This document shows, in pieces, positions 10,556-23,622 of a stretch of 64,000 nucleotides of DNA. Each line of letters starts with the position of its first letter. The first letter of the stretch is position 1. The stretch is taken from positions 57,786,001-57,850,000 of the forward strand of contig NC_058382.1 in NCBI RefSeq assembly GCF_018350175.1. The letters are read 5' to 3'. The position numbers and the translations under genes are program-made. A model generated the notes under the pieces. The model searched no databases and was not told the DNA's origin. It worked only from the letters and a program-made list of their open reading frames with translations. Source of the DNA: Felis catus (lineage: Eukaryota).

Positions 10556-13500
10556 CTGTAGCGGGACAAGAACGTATTTTGGTTCCAGGGAAGGAAAGCT
10601 CAAAAACAGAATCAGTGAGCGCACGCGCTTCGGTCTGCGATGCCGTCAGATGCGCGATGCCACGGCCGCCGCGTGAAGCGAGGCGACGTGACTGTCCCCC
10701 GGGCAGGACCGGAAGTCACTTCCCACGACAAGTGGCATCCGCGTTCACATGAACTCGAAACAGCTTCTCATCCTTTCTGAACCGGTCAGCCGCCCGAGTC
10801 TTTCCTGGCTTTACGCAGAACACGCCGGAGGCGAGGCTTACTCGTCAGGCCTTCCCGACTCAAGGGCGCTGCCTGTCCCCGAAGGGCGCCAGCGTGTTCT
10901 GCTGACACCCTTCCCTGTCACCGCGCTCTCACGGGCGGGGCTGACGTGACCGGGGTGGCCCAGAGTTTCCCCATCGGCTGCAGCCGGGCAACCCTCACGG
11001 GACGCAATCGAGAAGGACCCTCTCTCACGTCCGCGAGGCTGCGTCACGCGCCCGGGTCTGCCGGCCTCGCCACGGGCGCTCACGTACACACACCTGCCAG
11101 GTGCGGCCCTGAGACGGGATCGGTGCCGGCCGTGGGGAGGGCCCCGCGGTGGGAGGGCAGTGGCGGGGGTGCCCCACGTGCTGGCCAAGGTGAAATACGG
11201 CAAGAGGCAGAGCGCCAGCGAGGCCCGGGCAGCGGTCACCGGGGGCCGCGCAGTGACCCCACGTCCGCGGGACGGGACTCCGGGAGCCACGGCGGGGCGC
11301 ACGAAGAAAGGGGACCCGCTGGCGTGGAGGAGGCTCGTAACGGTGGCAAGGTGGGAACGAGGTCCCCTCTCCCACCGGTTGGCGCCACGGAGCCTGCACC
11401 TCGAGCAGAAAGGCACGCTGGGAAGTGCAGGCCGGGGCCGCAGAGGGAGCGCTGGCCCGAGGAGACGCGAGGCGGCAGTGAGCAGTGGCGGGGACACGGT
11501 GGCGGGGACGGCGAGGGACTGGGCACAAGAGCCGAAGCTGCGTGGGGCAAGCGCTGACCTGATACCCGTGCACCAGCAGGAGGAGCCCAGCCCTCCCTGC
11601 TCCTCGGTTCACCTCCCGACACACAAGCACTTGTCCCTTGGCCATCCTCGCACTGGGAGGCTGTTCGGGTCAGGAGCCTAGTGTTCCCTGACACTACAAT
11701 TTTCTCCTTAACAAAGATTTAAAAGTGAAAGGTTCGACATTTTGGCTTGGAAAATTTAAGTCAGGATGTTAATTTTAGGGGATTTACATACCACAATCTG
11801 GGGTCTTTAATCAGGTTTCCTCCACCCATCCGGGAGTCACAGCGCTACGCGGATCTTACAAACCCCGCAATGTACACGCTCCCGGTGACAGTTCAGTGTC
11901 ACGTGTTTCCATAGTAGGAGGCAAGGGACCCAGTTTTAAAACTCCACACACCTTCATTTTTATGAGACAGACATGTACCCTTCCCCAGCAAAAACTGTGA
12001 CCCACTGCCGTACCGTTCTGAAAAGCAGACACCCCAACAACCGCCCCTCTTTTCCAAGAGACCCCTCAGGACTGTTTCCTGACAGAAGGGCAGCCGCACG
12101 GCCCTCACGCGGGGCTTAACGGCTGGGGGCCCCCGCTGGTGTTTAGGGCGTCTTTCTTCTGGTTCCTGGCCCAGAACCCCGGGGAGGCGACAACGCTCTC
12201 GGGGCCTCGGGAGGCCCTACACTGATTCTGCGTCCCTGTCCCTCTCCCGTATCTTTCCATCTCATCCCAACTCCCTGTCATGCGTCCTGGATCCCCAAGA
12301 CCTAGCCAAGGGGCAGCTGAGAACGGGGCTTTCCCCTAGACCTACATACTCATTTATGGATCTCCCAGGGCGCAGGGAGCATGTGAAAACAGGCACAGGG
12401 GTGCAAGCTGGGAACTCCAGAGTGCAGTGAAAGCCTCAAGACAAAGGCCCGGGGGATGAAAGTGTCCTAAAACTGACTATGGTGGGGGTTTCACAGCTCC
12501 GGATAAGACCCACTTAGCTATGCACTTTAAAAACGTAAGTTTTATGGTATACGGATTAAACTCGAATTAAAATGCTGACATCCAAGGCCCCAAACTCCTC
12601 CTTGACCTTGGAAGGCCCTCCCTCTGAACACTGCATCCGACGTTCTCTGTAGTGACCCGACCAGGAAAACGAATGTGTCCGTGCAGGACAGACGCAGCGT
12701 CCTGCCCACACCTTCTACCACCTCTCCTCGGCTCCCCCCAGCCTCCTTGGGGCTTCCTCCAAGGGTGGAGACCTTTTTCCGTAGGAGGAGGGGGCCGGGA
12801 TAGGAGCTGGACCGCAGGGCCCAAGAGCAGGGTTGCATTCCCAGAGGGAGGCTGTGCTGAGTCTCTGACGGACATCAGAGTGGGCTGCGGTCAGAGACTG
12901 TGAGGTGAGGCTACAAAGCCGCTGGGAGGCCATGCATCTGAGTTCGTCCCACAGCGCCGCTCCCGGCTGCCCACCCGGCCGGGTCTATAATGCTGCCCTC
13001 TGCCCAGGACCCCCACTAGGCAAGGGACCGAGTGAACAGAGCAGGGAAAAGCCCCGGGATCTGAGCTCAGACAGCAAGAGTCACATCAGTGTCCACGTAA
13101 ACCACGCTCTGCGGACTGATCAGTATAGTATCGCTTCAGCCTCAAACTCCTCATCTCATTTATAAAAAAATCTGTACAAGACATTAACTTCTCAGTCTTT
13201 TCTTTGGACAGAGCCACCAACAGACACGAGCCCTGAAGACTGTAATTCACAAATCAGAAGCCCCCGCCCCCGAGGTTTAAAACCACTGTTTTAATGCTGT
13301 CGAAAGAACCTGTTTTCAAATGAAGCTCCACAGGGACCACAAGCACCTGGCCGTGCACGCCGATGGCCGGAACGTCTCCGCTGAGCCTGCAGGCCCTCCT
13401 GCCCCACTCAGCGGCCCTCCGCGTCCCCTCCAGGCTCTGCAGCAAGCCTGGATCCAGGGTCTGCGGGGGACTCCTGGCTGAGCTGTAAGGGCCTCAACCG

Positions 13501-14217
13501 CTCTGCTTACCTAGAGGAGGTCTCACACCTCAGAGAAAGAACCTCAACCCCAACGCACAGGTTCTGAATCCAGCGGCCTTCGGGACGTCGAGGACCGATG
13601 GCAGTTCACGGCGTCAGGTCTTTATTCTGAGGGAAATTGCTCCCACACGGAGCCCAATACAGCACCTTGGTTTTGTCGACACCGCACAATACACCCGGGC
13701 CGGGCTCCCTCCCTGACCCCTGAGCCCGAGCCGAGGACACCTCGCTTGCGCAGTCACTTCCTCCCGGGTCAACGACCCACACCTGGTGGAACCAGTGCGG
13801 TCACTAAGGAGCTCTCCCTCCCTGCCGCACAGACATGCAGGACCTTGACCCTCTCCAGGCTAGAAAGATGCTAGCCTCGGCTTCTGTGTGTAATTACAGA
13901 ACAAGTAGCGAACTGTGAAGCTAGAAAGAACTCAGAGATCATATCTAACCTCAATTTAGCCCACTGAAGTTCAAGTAGTTGCTTCTGGTCAAAAGACAAC
14001 GGAAAAGATTAGTTACGTGGTGAAATCTAGAACCAGATCTCCCAGCTGTCAGTCTGATCTGCAGAGAAACAAAGCACTTAAACCAGGAGGGACTTGACAA
14101 ATCACTCAGGGACACCTCTACATTTGCACAAACAGCCCGATGGGATGGATTTTCATTTCTGCACGGAAACCCCACTTTGAGCAATGTTTATGCTCCAGTT
14201 CAGACATGAAGCAAGCA

Positions 14218-14545
14218 GGGTGCCCGCTGGGTGCGGTTGGGGAGGCGCGTGACCCCTGATCTCGGGGTCACGAGTTTGAGTTGCATGGTGGGCGTGGAAC
14301 CCGCTTTACATAAAGAAACAGGGGCGCCTGGGTGGCTCGGTCGGTTCAGCGTCCGACTCGACTTTAGCTCAGCTCACGACCTCGTAGTTCACGAGTTTGA
14401 GCCCTGCGTTGGGCTTTGCGCTGACAGTGTGGAACCTGCTAGGGATTCTCTCTCCCCCTCTGCTTCCTTTCTCCACTTGTCTTTGCTCGCACACTCTCTC
14501 TCTCTCTCTCTCAAAATAAACAAATAAACTTAAAAAAAAAAAAAA
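14218..14545 (+). mobile_element. Two adjacent carnivore SINEs (short old copy, then a full copy from about 14320)
   Basis: Two successive heads; the second has (CT)n and a long A-tail. Confidence 0.85.
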
Positions 14546-14683
14546 CCCAACACAAAAATGCTACACGTCTGTACCAGGAGTTAATAAAAGCCCGAGGTCA
14601 GAGGAACAGCACCTTCGCCACGGGGTCTGTGGTGCCCCACGACCAGACACGAGAGGGGATGAAGGGCGACCGTGGGTACTCAC

Positions 14684-14998
14684 GGGGTCTGTGAGCATGG
14701 TTCTCAGGTGGGACGACAGGGCCAGCACCGCTAGGCAGTTAAAAAGGACTCCGTTGACCACAGAGTACCAGAAGTCTTTGGAAGGCAGGAGCATGACGAA
14801 AGTCACCACAAAGTCCGCGTAGACGACCAGGAGCCACGTCATGACGGCACAGATCATGCCGCAGCCGTCGCGGATGAACCAGACCCTGTCGGCCACGTCA
14901 GCCTCGGAGGAAGAGGACGACGAAGAGTCGTAATTGTCGTTTTCGGCCAGGAGAGGATGATGCTCGACATCCCGGAGCCGGTGTCCTGATGACGGCAT
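14684..14998 (-). CDS. ZDHHC7: ZDHHC7 coding exon 1 (gene exon 3; exon begins at 15014 with 16 nt of UTR), aa 1-105
   Basis: Translates [57 protein letters not shown]...HLRTMLTDP, matching the recalled ZDHHC7 N-terminus and TM1-2. Acceptor tcctag at 15015-15020, start context GACACCATGC, donor GTGAGT after 14684. 315 nt. Confidence 0.98.
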
Positions 14999-17583
14999 GG
15001 TGTCCCCGGGCACCCTAGGAGACGGGACAGAGCTGATGAGGCTCGGGGGGGGCACGTGCACACTGGTAAAGCGGACGGGTTAGTCTGCTCCGGACCATCT
15101 CGCGAGACAGTCCACACACAGCAGAAAAGAACATTAACAACGGAACAAGACCTGAACTTTAAAATCTTTCACCGCGGGGACTAGTTTACAGCCTATGACA
15201 CAGTACACCCCACGGCACGAGTGACCCCGAGGCGCACACAGCCGCCGACGGCCAGCCACAGCCACGGACGAACAGAGATAAGGGAAAGAAGAGGCCGGAG
15301 GCAGCCTCCCAGCCGCGGTGGAGACCAAGCGAGTCGTGCCACAGCCGCCACCCTCGCCAGCAGGCCCAGGCCGTGTCCGTGCGGAGGCCCCGGGCCCCCG
15401 TCCGCTCAGGACCCCCGCGTGCGGCGCGCTTCTGTGTCCCCTCCGTGGCCCTGAGCTCTGTGCTGTTTCGGGAGGGCGCTCCTCTCTGCTCTCACGTCTT
15501 AACACTCTCGTTCCCTCGTTAATCCATTCGCTGAGCCGTTCTCGGACGCCTCTCCCGTGCTTCCCACGCTGCCCGCTACAGGACCGCGCGCAGGGTGTGA
15601 GGGGACTCCGGAAAAATCCGGACTCTTCTTGGCCGGCTCTGGATGCCGCGCTAACGCACGCCCCGACAGCGACCCGAGCGGCTGAGCGCTCGTGATCGCG
15701 GTGGGGAAGGGGGGCTGGGGGTTCGCTTGGCCTTGGTGTTCACGCACGGGTAGGAGAAACACCCACGGCCTTCCGTCAGGGGCCCCGAGGACGCTCAGCG
15801 TGGGAGCAGGAGCGAGGGCACCGCCGGGCCCCCACGGGCCTACAGATGGGCACGGCTCTTCCTCGGAAGCAACTGCGGCACAGTGATGACAAGGACGAGC
15901 CGACGGGAGGCAGCTCGGTGCACGGGCACGAGACCAGACCCAGTTTCCCTCGGGCCATAAAATAACCCCGCTCGCAGGTCGGACACACATCGCTTGAAGG
16001 TTTTTTCTGAGTGACACACAAGGAACTAAAGATCAAGAGAGCGTGGACAGATCACAGCCAGCCTTCTGGCCCGTCGGCGCGCCTTCCTGGGGGTCCACTC
16101 CGTGCAGACGAGCTCCCCGCGCCCCTCTCCCCCCAGCAAGCCGTCCTGACAGGTACCGTTCCCCAGAGGGGCACACTGGGAGAAGGGCTTTGGCACGCCT
16201 GACGTGACCATCGGAGGACGGCGCACACCCCCGGTGCAGCCCAGTTCTGTCAGTGCCGGGCAGTGACTGGAAGCTTCGACCGTCCCTGGAACTCTCAGGG
16301 CCCGCCCACCGGTGCTGCCTGTGGCGTGCAGACCCCCTTCTGCCTTAAGGGAGCTCCTGTGCATCTCCCCTCCCTGGCGGGCTCTCATGAAGGGTCCGGC
16401 CTTCTCCCCGTGTGCCCGTCTGCCGCGTGCAGGCTGTTGGGCCCCCGGCAAGGGCATGTTTGTTATTCGGCAGATGCAACACCAAGAGACCGGTCCCTTT
16501 CTCAGATTTAAGTAGTTTCATAGCGATTTCCATGAAAGAGTCTTAGCGCATCGTCACTATACATCGAGGCCTTAAGCCGGAGAATCCCTGCGACCAGCCT
16601 CCATTTTGCTCCACGGCCACTCCTCGAGCAGGACGATCCCCGTGACGAGCGGGCGCTTGCTCGCTGGACAGCAAGACAAGAAGCTACAGGCCAGCCTTGC
16701 GCCAGAGCGCGTCTGGGCAGTCGGAGAGCAGGGCCCGGCGGGTCGTCCGGAGGCACGGCGCACGCTGGGCCCGTCCCGCTCGGCCCTGCCGGGAAGGTAC
16801 CGGTGACAGGCGCGCTCCTGCAGGAGAAGCCGCAGACGCACGGACACCGTGGGAGGGCGCCGATGTGCCACGGTTGTCAAATCCAGCCGAAGGCCACGGG
16901 AAAAGAACCTGACAGCCCAAAGTCACTTCGTGTCCAGGAAAAAAACCACTGAACACGGCAGGGCGCGGCCAGCCAGACCGGGTGCTCGGTCACTGGCTGC
17001 ACGAGCCAGCGTTCTGCCGAGTCACTGTGTTTACACCACAGGAAGGGAGGGGAGGAAGTGAAGAAGCCATGCAGACGCTGGAAACGGGACAGCAGACGGG
17101 ACACCGCCTGCAGCCACCGGGGCGAGGGCGCGGCCCCCTCCCCGCTCAGGGCCCCACCGCCCTCATCTCCGAGCCCTGACGGCCACCTCTGAGGGAACCC
17201 GGAGGCAGCGCGATCGAGCGACGGGCGAGCCGGGGGCGCACCGTCATCATTGGACTTTAGCGGCCGATTTAACGGGATGCCGTCCAGGCTGCCGCACCTG
17301 AGCTGTTTGTGCTCACGTTAGGGACAGCGGTTTCCCAGAACGCGGCAGGTGGCACGGCGGGTCGTCGCGACGGGTGGGGACTGCCATCCGGGCGACGCTT
17401 CCCGTTAATTCTCGCCCGGCGCTCACCTCGTCTGCCATACGGATCGCTCACGGGTTCACGTCATGGAGCCCCCTCCAGAGGCGGCGAGCGAGCCGAAGCC
17501 CACAGGTCAAAGACTGACCGTCTATACCGCACAAACCGCCCCGTCAACGAACGCAGTCAGCGTCAGCAGGGCCCCTCGCTTAC

Positions 17584-17669
17584 CTCACAAACGAGCTCGA
17601 AGCATTACTTGAACATTTTGCGCCTTCTCTTCAGGATGTGAAGGTGCATAGTGGCCTATGTGACGGGAT
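17584..17669 (-). other. ZDHHC7: ZDHHC7 non-coding exon 2 (5' UTR, 86 nt)
   Basis: Strong acceptor ttgtctttcag and strong donor GAG|GTAAGC; located between the promoter and the first coding exon. Confidence 0.85.
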
Positions 17670-19680
17670 CTGAAAGACAACAAGATCTGATGAGAAAGGT
17701 TACTTCTCTTACGACTAAAGTACACGGCATTTCTCAGGCCGTGATTAATTCGGGGAGCTGTACAACCAACATCCCACTTGTCACGTAAAGTTCCGCTACC
17801 CGGAACCACCCCTGACGACCAAGTCATCGCTCCTCTGCATTTCCACTACTAGTAAACTCTGAAGTGATTCACGTTACACCTGCCCCAGGATTAAATGCGA
17901 GTTAAGAAGCCCGAACCTCTTGAGAAAGATCCCCAGGGAGAATCCAGGCCACATCCGACCAGCCTGCGTTTCAAAAGCCGACAACGGTTTTAGCGGCCAC
18001 AGCAGGAGATTCACAGAGAAAACCGGAGAGAGCCAGACCACGAGGGGAGAGGTGCTGGACAGGGGATGCCGGGCCCGCGGGGAGGGAGGGAAACAGGGAA
18101 CCGAGTGAGGACCGCCTACTGGAGGAAAGGACCACCCCCCTTGGCGTCTCCCTCTGGCTCCCGGTCACCCGCGGGCGGCAACCAGACGTGGCCTCTGTAG
18201 AAGCACTCGTGTGTGGCCCTGAGGAAAAGGGCCTGAAGATAACAAGGTGGGCGGGACCCCCGACATCCACAGTCTTTATTCCCAGCACGAATCTTTTCAT
18301 TAGGTTTTTTTTTCAAGCTGTCCATTTATTTCCAGTCTCTCTGAAATATGACTGGCACGCATCACCGTGTGCGTTCAAGGAGGACAGCATAATTCTTTGG
18401 CTTACACGTGGGTCAGATGTTTTGAAAAAAGCCCACAACGGGGCTCGCGAAAGGCTAGAGCCCCGGAAAGAAACACAGAACAGGCAAAAGGCAGAGAGAG
18501 AACTTAAGAAGAAATAAGAAATCGTATCTGTGAAACAAAAGAGGAACATTCTGAGAACTTCCTAGTTACTGAAAATAAAAATGGTGACAGAATTTTAAAA
18601 ACAGGATTGGACAGGAGAGTGAGGAACTCTCCCAAAAGGAGAGCTAAGTGACAAAGAGAAAGAACTCAGGAGACAGCATAAAATGCAGCCGGCTGGCCCA
18701 CCGTCCTGGCGCCTGTCCGTTCTTTCTCCCGTGTCCTTCCAATAGATTATTCTGCTCAAGCAAACCCGCCGTCGGTGCTGTCTTCCGAAACCAAAACCCC
18801 TGACTAGGACAGTGGGAGGATGGCGTGCAAGTCGGGGAGGAGGAGGGGCCGGGGGTCAGGAGGCGGGAGGCACCTCTCCCGGGGGCCCCCCAGTCCCTGC
18901 CACCAGACAGACGCTCCAGAGCAGAGAGAGGCTGCTCACTGTCCTACCTCAAGACTCCTCAGAAGCCACTTCTCCCTCAGCACCTACCCGACGACCCCCC
19001 TGCCTGACCTCCCACCTCCACCCCGGCCACCGTCCCCTAGCACCTTTCCAGCCCTGAGCCTCTTCTGAGGAACAAATGTGGCCGTGACTCCAAAGCTGCT
19101 GAAACTAATGGGGGGGGTGGGGTGGGGGGGAAGACTTTTAAAATACGGTATTTATATACAGTAACTTTGTTCACATAGCTATGCGGTAACCAACAACTAT
19201 TAATATGCAATGATACTTTGAACTGTTTTCAGATAAGCTTACGTAACAATGTTTTAAAGTAAGGCTGGCTTTGCAAAATACAAGACTGCTCAGACGTCGC
19301 GTTTAGAGCAGCATCTCTACAGCGAGACCAAATCCCCAATTACTTGCATATATTTTAAAAAGTAACCGACGCAGCAACCACTTCGAAAAGAAAAGCGGCC
19401 TGGCACTTTCTCCCAGTTAAACACCCACCCTGTGACTCAACAGTTCCACTTCGAGGTATTTACCCAAGAACGCTGAATGTGAACACAAACGTGGACAGCA
19501 CTGTCCACGCAGCTTTAGTCACAATCTTCCGGACTAGAAACAATCCAAATATCCAGCACCAGGAGGCGAATAAACAAACTACGGCACATTCCTGCAACGG
19601 CACACTTCTCAGCAACAAAGAGGGAAAAAGCTCCTGATACCTGCAACAACGTGGCTAAATCCCAAAAACCTTCTGCCATC

Positions 19681-20793
19681 CGCAGAAACTGTTTACTCAA
19701 CACCTCTCTGGAGGCAAGGGAAACGAAAGCAAAGACGAACTACTGGGACCTCATCAAAATAAAAAGCTTCTGCACAGAGAAGGAAACTATCAGCAAAACT
19801 AAAAGGCAACCGACGGAATGGGAGAAGAGATTTGCCAAGGACGTATCGGATAAAGGGTTAGTATGCAAAGTCTATAAAGAGCTTATCAAACTCAACACCC
19901 AAAACACAAATAATCCGGTGAAGAAATGGGCCAAAGACATGAATAGACACTTGAAGACATCCAGATGGCCAACCGACACATGAAAAAATGCTCCACATCA
20001 CTCATCAGGGAAATACAAATCAAAACCACACTGAGACACCACCTCACACCTGTCAGAACGGCTCACATTCACAACTCAGGCAACAACAGATGCTGGCGAG
20101 GATGTGGAGAAAGAGGATCTCTTTTGCGCTGCTGGTGGGAATGCACGCTGGTGCAGCCACTCTGGAACACAGTAGGGAGGTTCCTCAAAAAACTAAAATT
20201 AGAACTACCCTACAACCCAGCAATTGCTGGGTATTTATCCAAAAAAGTTAAACTAGGTATTTATCCAAAGGATACAAGTATGCTGTTCCGAAGGACCACA
20301 TGCACCCCAATGTTTACAGCAGCGCTATCAACAATAGCCACAGTATGGAAAGAGCCCAAATGTCCATCGATGGATGAACGGATAAAGAAGATGTGGGGTA
20401 TATACACAGTGGAGTATTACTCGGCAATCAAAAAGAATGGAATCTTGCCATTGGCAACTATGTGGCTGGAACTGGAGGGTATTATGCTAAGTGAAATTCG
20501 TCAGAGAAAGACAAATTATCATATGACTTCACTCATATAAGGACTATAGGATACAAAACTGATGAACAGAAGGGAAGAGAAGCAAAACTAATATAAAAAC
20601 AGGGAGGGGGACAAGACATAAGAGACTCTTAAATATAAATATAGAGAACAGAGGGCTGCTGGAGGCGTTGTGGGAGGGGGATGGGCTAAATGGGGAAGGG
20701 GCTTAAGGAATCTACTCCTGAAATCGTTGCCCTCTCTATGCTAACCAATTTGGATGTGCATTAAAAAATAAATACATTAATTTAAAAAAAAAA
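19681..20793 (+). mobile_element. 5'-truncated young carnivore/felid L1 (ORF2 C-terminus, 3' UTR, poly-A)
   Basis: ORFs 19651-19983 (WDLIKIKSFCT..KRQPTEWEK) and 19965-20540 ([29 protein letters not shown]); target duplication ttctgccatc at 19671-19680 and 20796-20805. Confidence 0.95.
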
Positions 20794-20965
20794 TGTTCTG
20801 CCATCTACATGGCCCTTGAAACCAGGCAACATGAATTTATTTTGAAAGAATTCAAAGTGGGTTTGAACACAAGGGGAATGACTGAGAAGAGCCAAAGGTA
20901 CCTTCTCAGCTGTTGGAAATGCCCCGGATCCTGAGAGGGACATAGCATCTGTCAAGACAAAAGCC

Positions 20966-21437
20966 GGGGCGCCTGGGTGGCTCAGTCGGTTAAGCGTCAG
21001 ACTCCGGCTCAAGTCACGATCTCGCTGTCTGTGAGTTCGAGACCCGCGTCGGGCTCTGTGCTGTCGGTTCAGAGCCCGGAGCCTGCTTTGGATTCTGTGT
21101 CTCCCTCTCTCTCTGCTCCTCTCCTGCTCATGCTGTCTCTCTCTGTCTCAAAAATAAATAAAAACACGTAAAAAAAATTTTTTTTAAAACTTAAAAAAAC
21201 AAAACAAAATAAAACAGGGGCGACTGGGTGGCTCAGTCGATTGAGAGTCCGACTTCGGCTCAGGTCATGATCTCACAGCTCGTGAGTTCAAGCCCCGCGT
21301 CGGGCTCTGTGCTGACAGCTCAGAGCCTGGATGGAGCCTGCTTTGGATTCTGTGTCTCCCTCTCTGTCTGCTCCTCCCCCACTCACATTCTGTCTCTCAA
21401 AAATAAATAAACATTAAAAAAAAATTTTAAAAAAAAC
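20966..21437 (+). mobile_element. Two tandem carnivore SINEs, the second (from about 21217) in the A-rich tail of the first
   Basis: Two complete head-body-tail units. Confidence 0.92.
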
Positions 21438-21778
21438 AGCCAACAATCAACAGTACGCTTAAAATTGTACATTTCATCATACATTACTTCCGCTTCACTA
21501 AAAGAACGAACGGCAGGAAAATAACCCGTGCGAGTTCATGTGCCGGGTGGGAAAGGCCAAGCGAAGCCAAGCTCCAGCCAGATGTTTCCCCCAGAAGCTG
21601 CGCTCAGGAGCCAAGACGTCTCTGACAAGACCTCCCTTCGGACAAAGTTCTTGGCCTCTTCCCTTGCTTTTTACCTTGGCTATAAACAGAAAATGTGTTC
21701 TCAAATACAAACTGAAAACAAATGAACGAAAGACATCAGTATTCCTTGGTGATGAGTTACTACAAAAAAGAATCAAGA

Positions 21779-21897
21779 GGGGCGCCTGCTGGCTCAGCGA
21801 GTGGAGCGTGTGACTCTTGATCTCGGAGTTTTGAGTGTGAGCCCCATGCTGGGTGTCGAGAGTACTTAAAAAAATAAAATCTAAAAAAAAAAAAAAA
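21779..21897 (+). mobile_element. Short old carnivore SINE
   Basis: ggggcgcctgctggctcag head and A-tail without a long (CT)n body. Confidence 0.8.
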
Positions 21898-23318
21898 TCA
21901 TGATATAATTACTTTCTCTATTGCAATAAAAAGAATGTCTACCCTAGAGTCTGGTATTCATGTTTATATTACAATGCTGTTTAAACTCATTATGGCTTTA
22001 GTATTCATACACCCACTGATGACCTATAAAAAGCAAGAATAAGCAACTCTCTGCTTCAGGCACAGAAGCAGCATATGAAGCAAACACAAGCCATGAAAGA
22101 TCTACTGAATTCAAACGTGGCGGGGGCCGGGGGGGGCGGTTCCAACACCATCCCCTCTACACCAGGCCCCCGATGCACAAGCACAGACGGGAGCTTTAGC
22201 CCACAGGAGTTCACAGACCAGCAGAGGTGGCAGTCGGGCTGGTAAATAATATGCTAAGTGTTACCCCCAAATTAGGAGCCAAGTGTGACGGGTGAGAGGG
22301 AGGACGGCAGCTAATTCTGTCTGGAGGAGCCAGAGAAAGCGTCAAGAAAGCAAGGGGACCGCGTGGTGGGCCGTGACAACAGGCAGGGCCCAGACAGGAG
22401 AGAACAGTGTGAGAAGACCCGGGTGGGAGAGGCGCACGGCGTGCTACGGGGCCTCGGGCCTGGGGAGGAGGGAGGGGAGAGGCAGGGGGGACGGGCAGAC
22501 CGGGGCCACTTCCGAGGTGCTCAGAACGGCCCGTGGAGGAGTCTGGAAGCCTGGACTCATTCCGCTGGAATGGGAGGCACCAGTACTTTGTGAACAGATG
22601 CTTTAAAATGTAACTGGCAACAAGGTGAGACCCGGGTGGAAGGAGGCTGCTGCGGCCGAGAGCAGAGAAGGCGCAGGCCGGGGCCAAGAGGGGGCAGGGC
22701 CTGTGCGCCCCTATCTCACAGCCAGGCCCAGGAAGAAAGAGCATAGCAGGGACCGACAGCATGGGGCAGCGGGGGCACAATACAAGGACGCAACAGGGAC
22801 TCGGAAACACCGCTGCCCCGGCCGCTTCTTCCGCAACGCAGGAGCTGCGGACTCAGGGAGAGAGCCCGAGACTGGGACTCACAGACTTAAGGCACCTGTG
22901 GAACACACTGGCGGACAGTCCTCCGCCCTCCCCCTGCCCCGACCTAGAGACCCCAGCACAGAGGGGACGAGCAAAGGGGGACCGGACGTGACCACCCGAG
23001 GGGCCACAGAGTGTGGGGCTAGAGCCCTGGAAGGGGTCCAAAGAGCCCGCAAGGGCCCCAGAAGGGCCGGGGAAGAGCAGGCAGGCCGGAGCAGCCAGCC
23101 CCAGCGAAGCGGCCCTGGAGGAGCCCCTCAGGGATCTCGCCCTGGCAGGTTCAGTCCAGGGCCACGAGCCTGGGAGAGCGGGTGGCGGGAAAGTTAGAGA
23201 AGCGCTTTCCAAAAGCGCCGGGAAGTCCAGGACCTGGAAGGAAAGGCAGAGGGGATTCTGGTTCTCAGTTTCCGCTCTCGTGCACCATCTCCTACGCTAC
23301 GGTAATCCTAAAGAGGTA

Positions 23319-23622
23319 CAGCGGGCCCTCGCATAACACGGGGCTGGGGACGCCATCCCCACAGACAGTCAAAAACCTGTGGGTAACTTCGGAGTCCCCC
23401 CAGATTGAACTCCTAACAGCCTACCGTTGGTCTGAAGCCTCACGATGACGGTAACAGCCAACGAACACCATTTTTGTACGTATTCTTATGACGAAGCACG
23501 AGAAAAAGTGTTAAGAAAGTCATAAGAGAAAACACATTTACGGTATTATATACCGTATCAAAAAAATTCACACGTAAGTAGCCTGCACGGTCAAACCCGG
23601 GCTGTGCGGGGTCCCCGTCTGC
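23319..23622 (+). mobile_element. Tigger2a-like non-autonomous DNA transposon (Tc1/mariner superfamily)
   Basis: Aligns by eye to the copy at 58615 and to the recalled Tigger2 terminus CAGTTGACCCTTG; preceded by TA. Confidence 0.75.

Noticed and set aside
8548..10561. Long Gly/Cys-rich ORFs up to 422 aa resembling keratin-associated proteins
   Set aside because: They are translations of a stop-poor minisatellite, open in several frames, antisense inside a ZDHHC7 intron.
10711..10723. Palindromic ETS pair GGAAGTCACTTCC
   Set aside because: Short motif with no supporting context; plausible by chance.
10556..14683. Counterpart of the extra cassette exon I recall in the longer human ZDHHC7 isoform
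   Set aside because: No convincing in-frame match found by eye; needs an alignment.
19651..20540. ORFs with real protein similarity
   Set aside because: Frameshifted C-terminus of L1 ORF2 in a truncated insertion, not a host gene.
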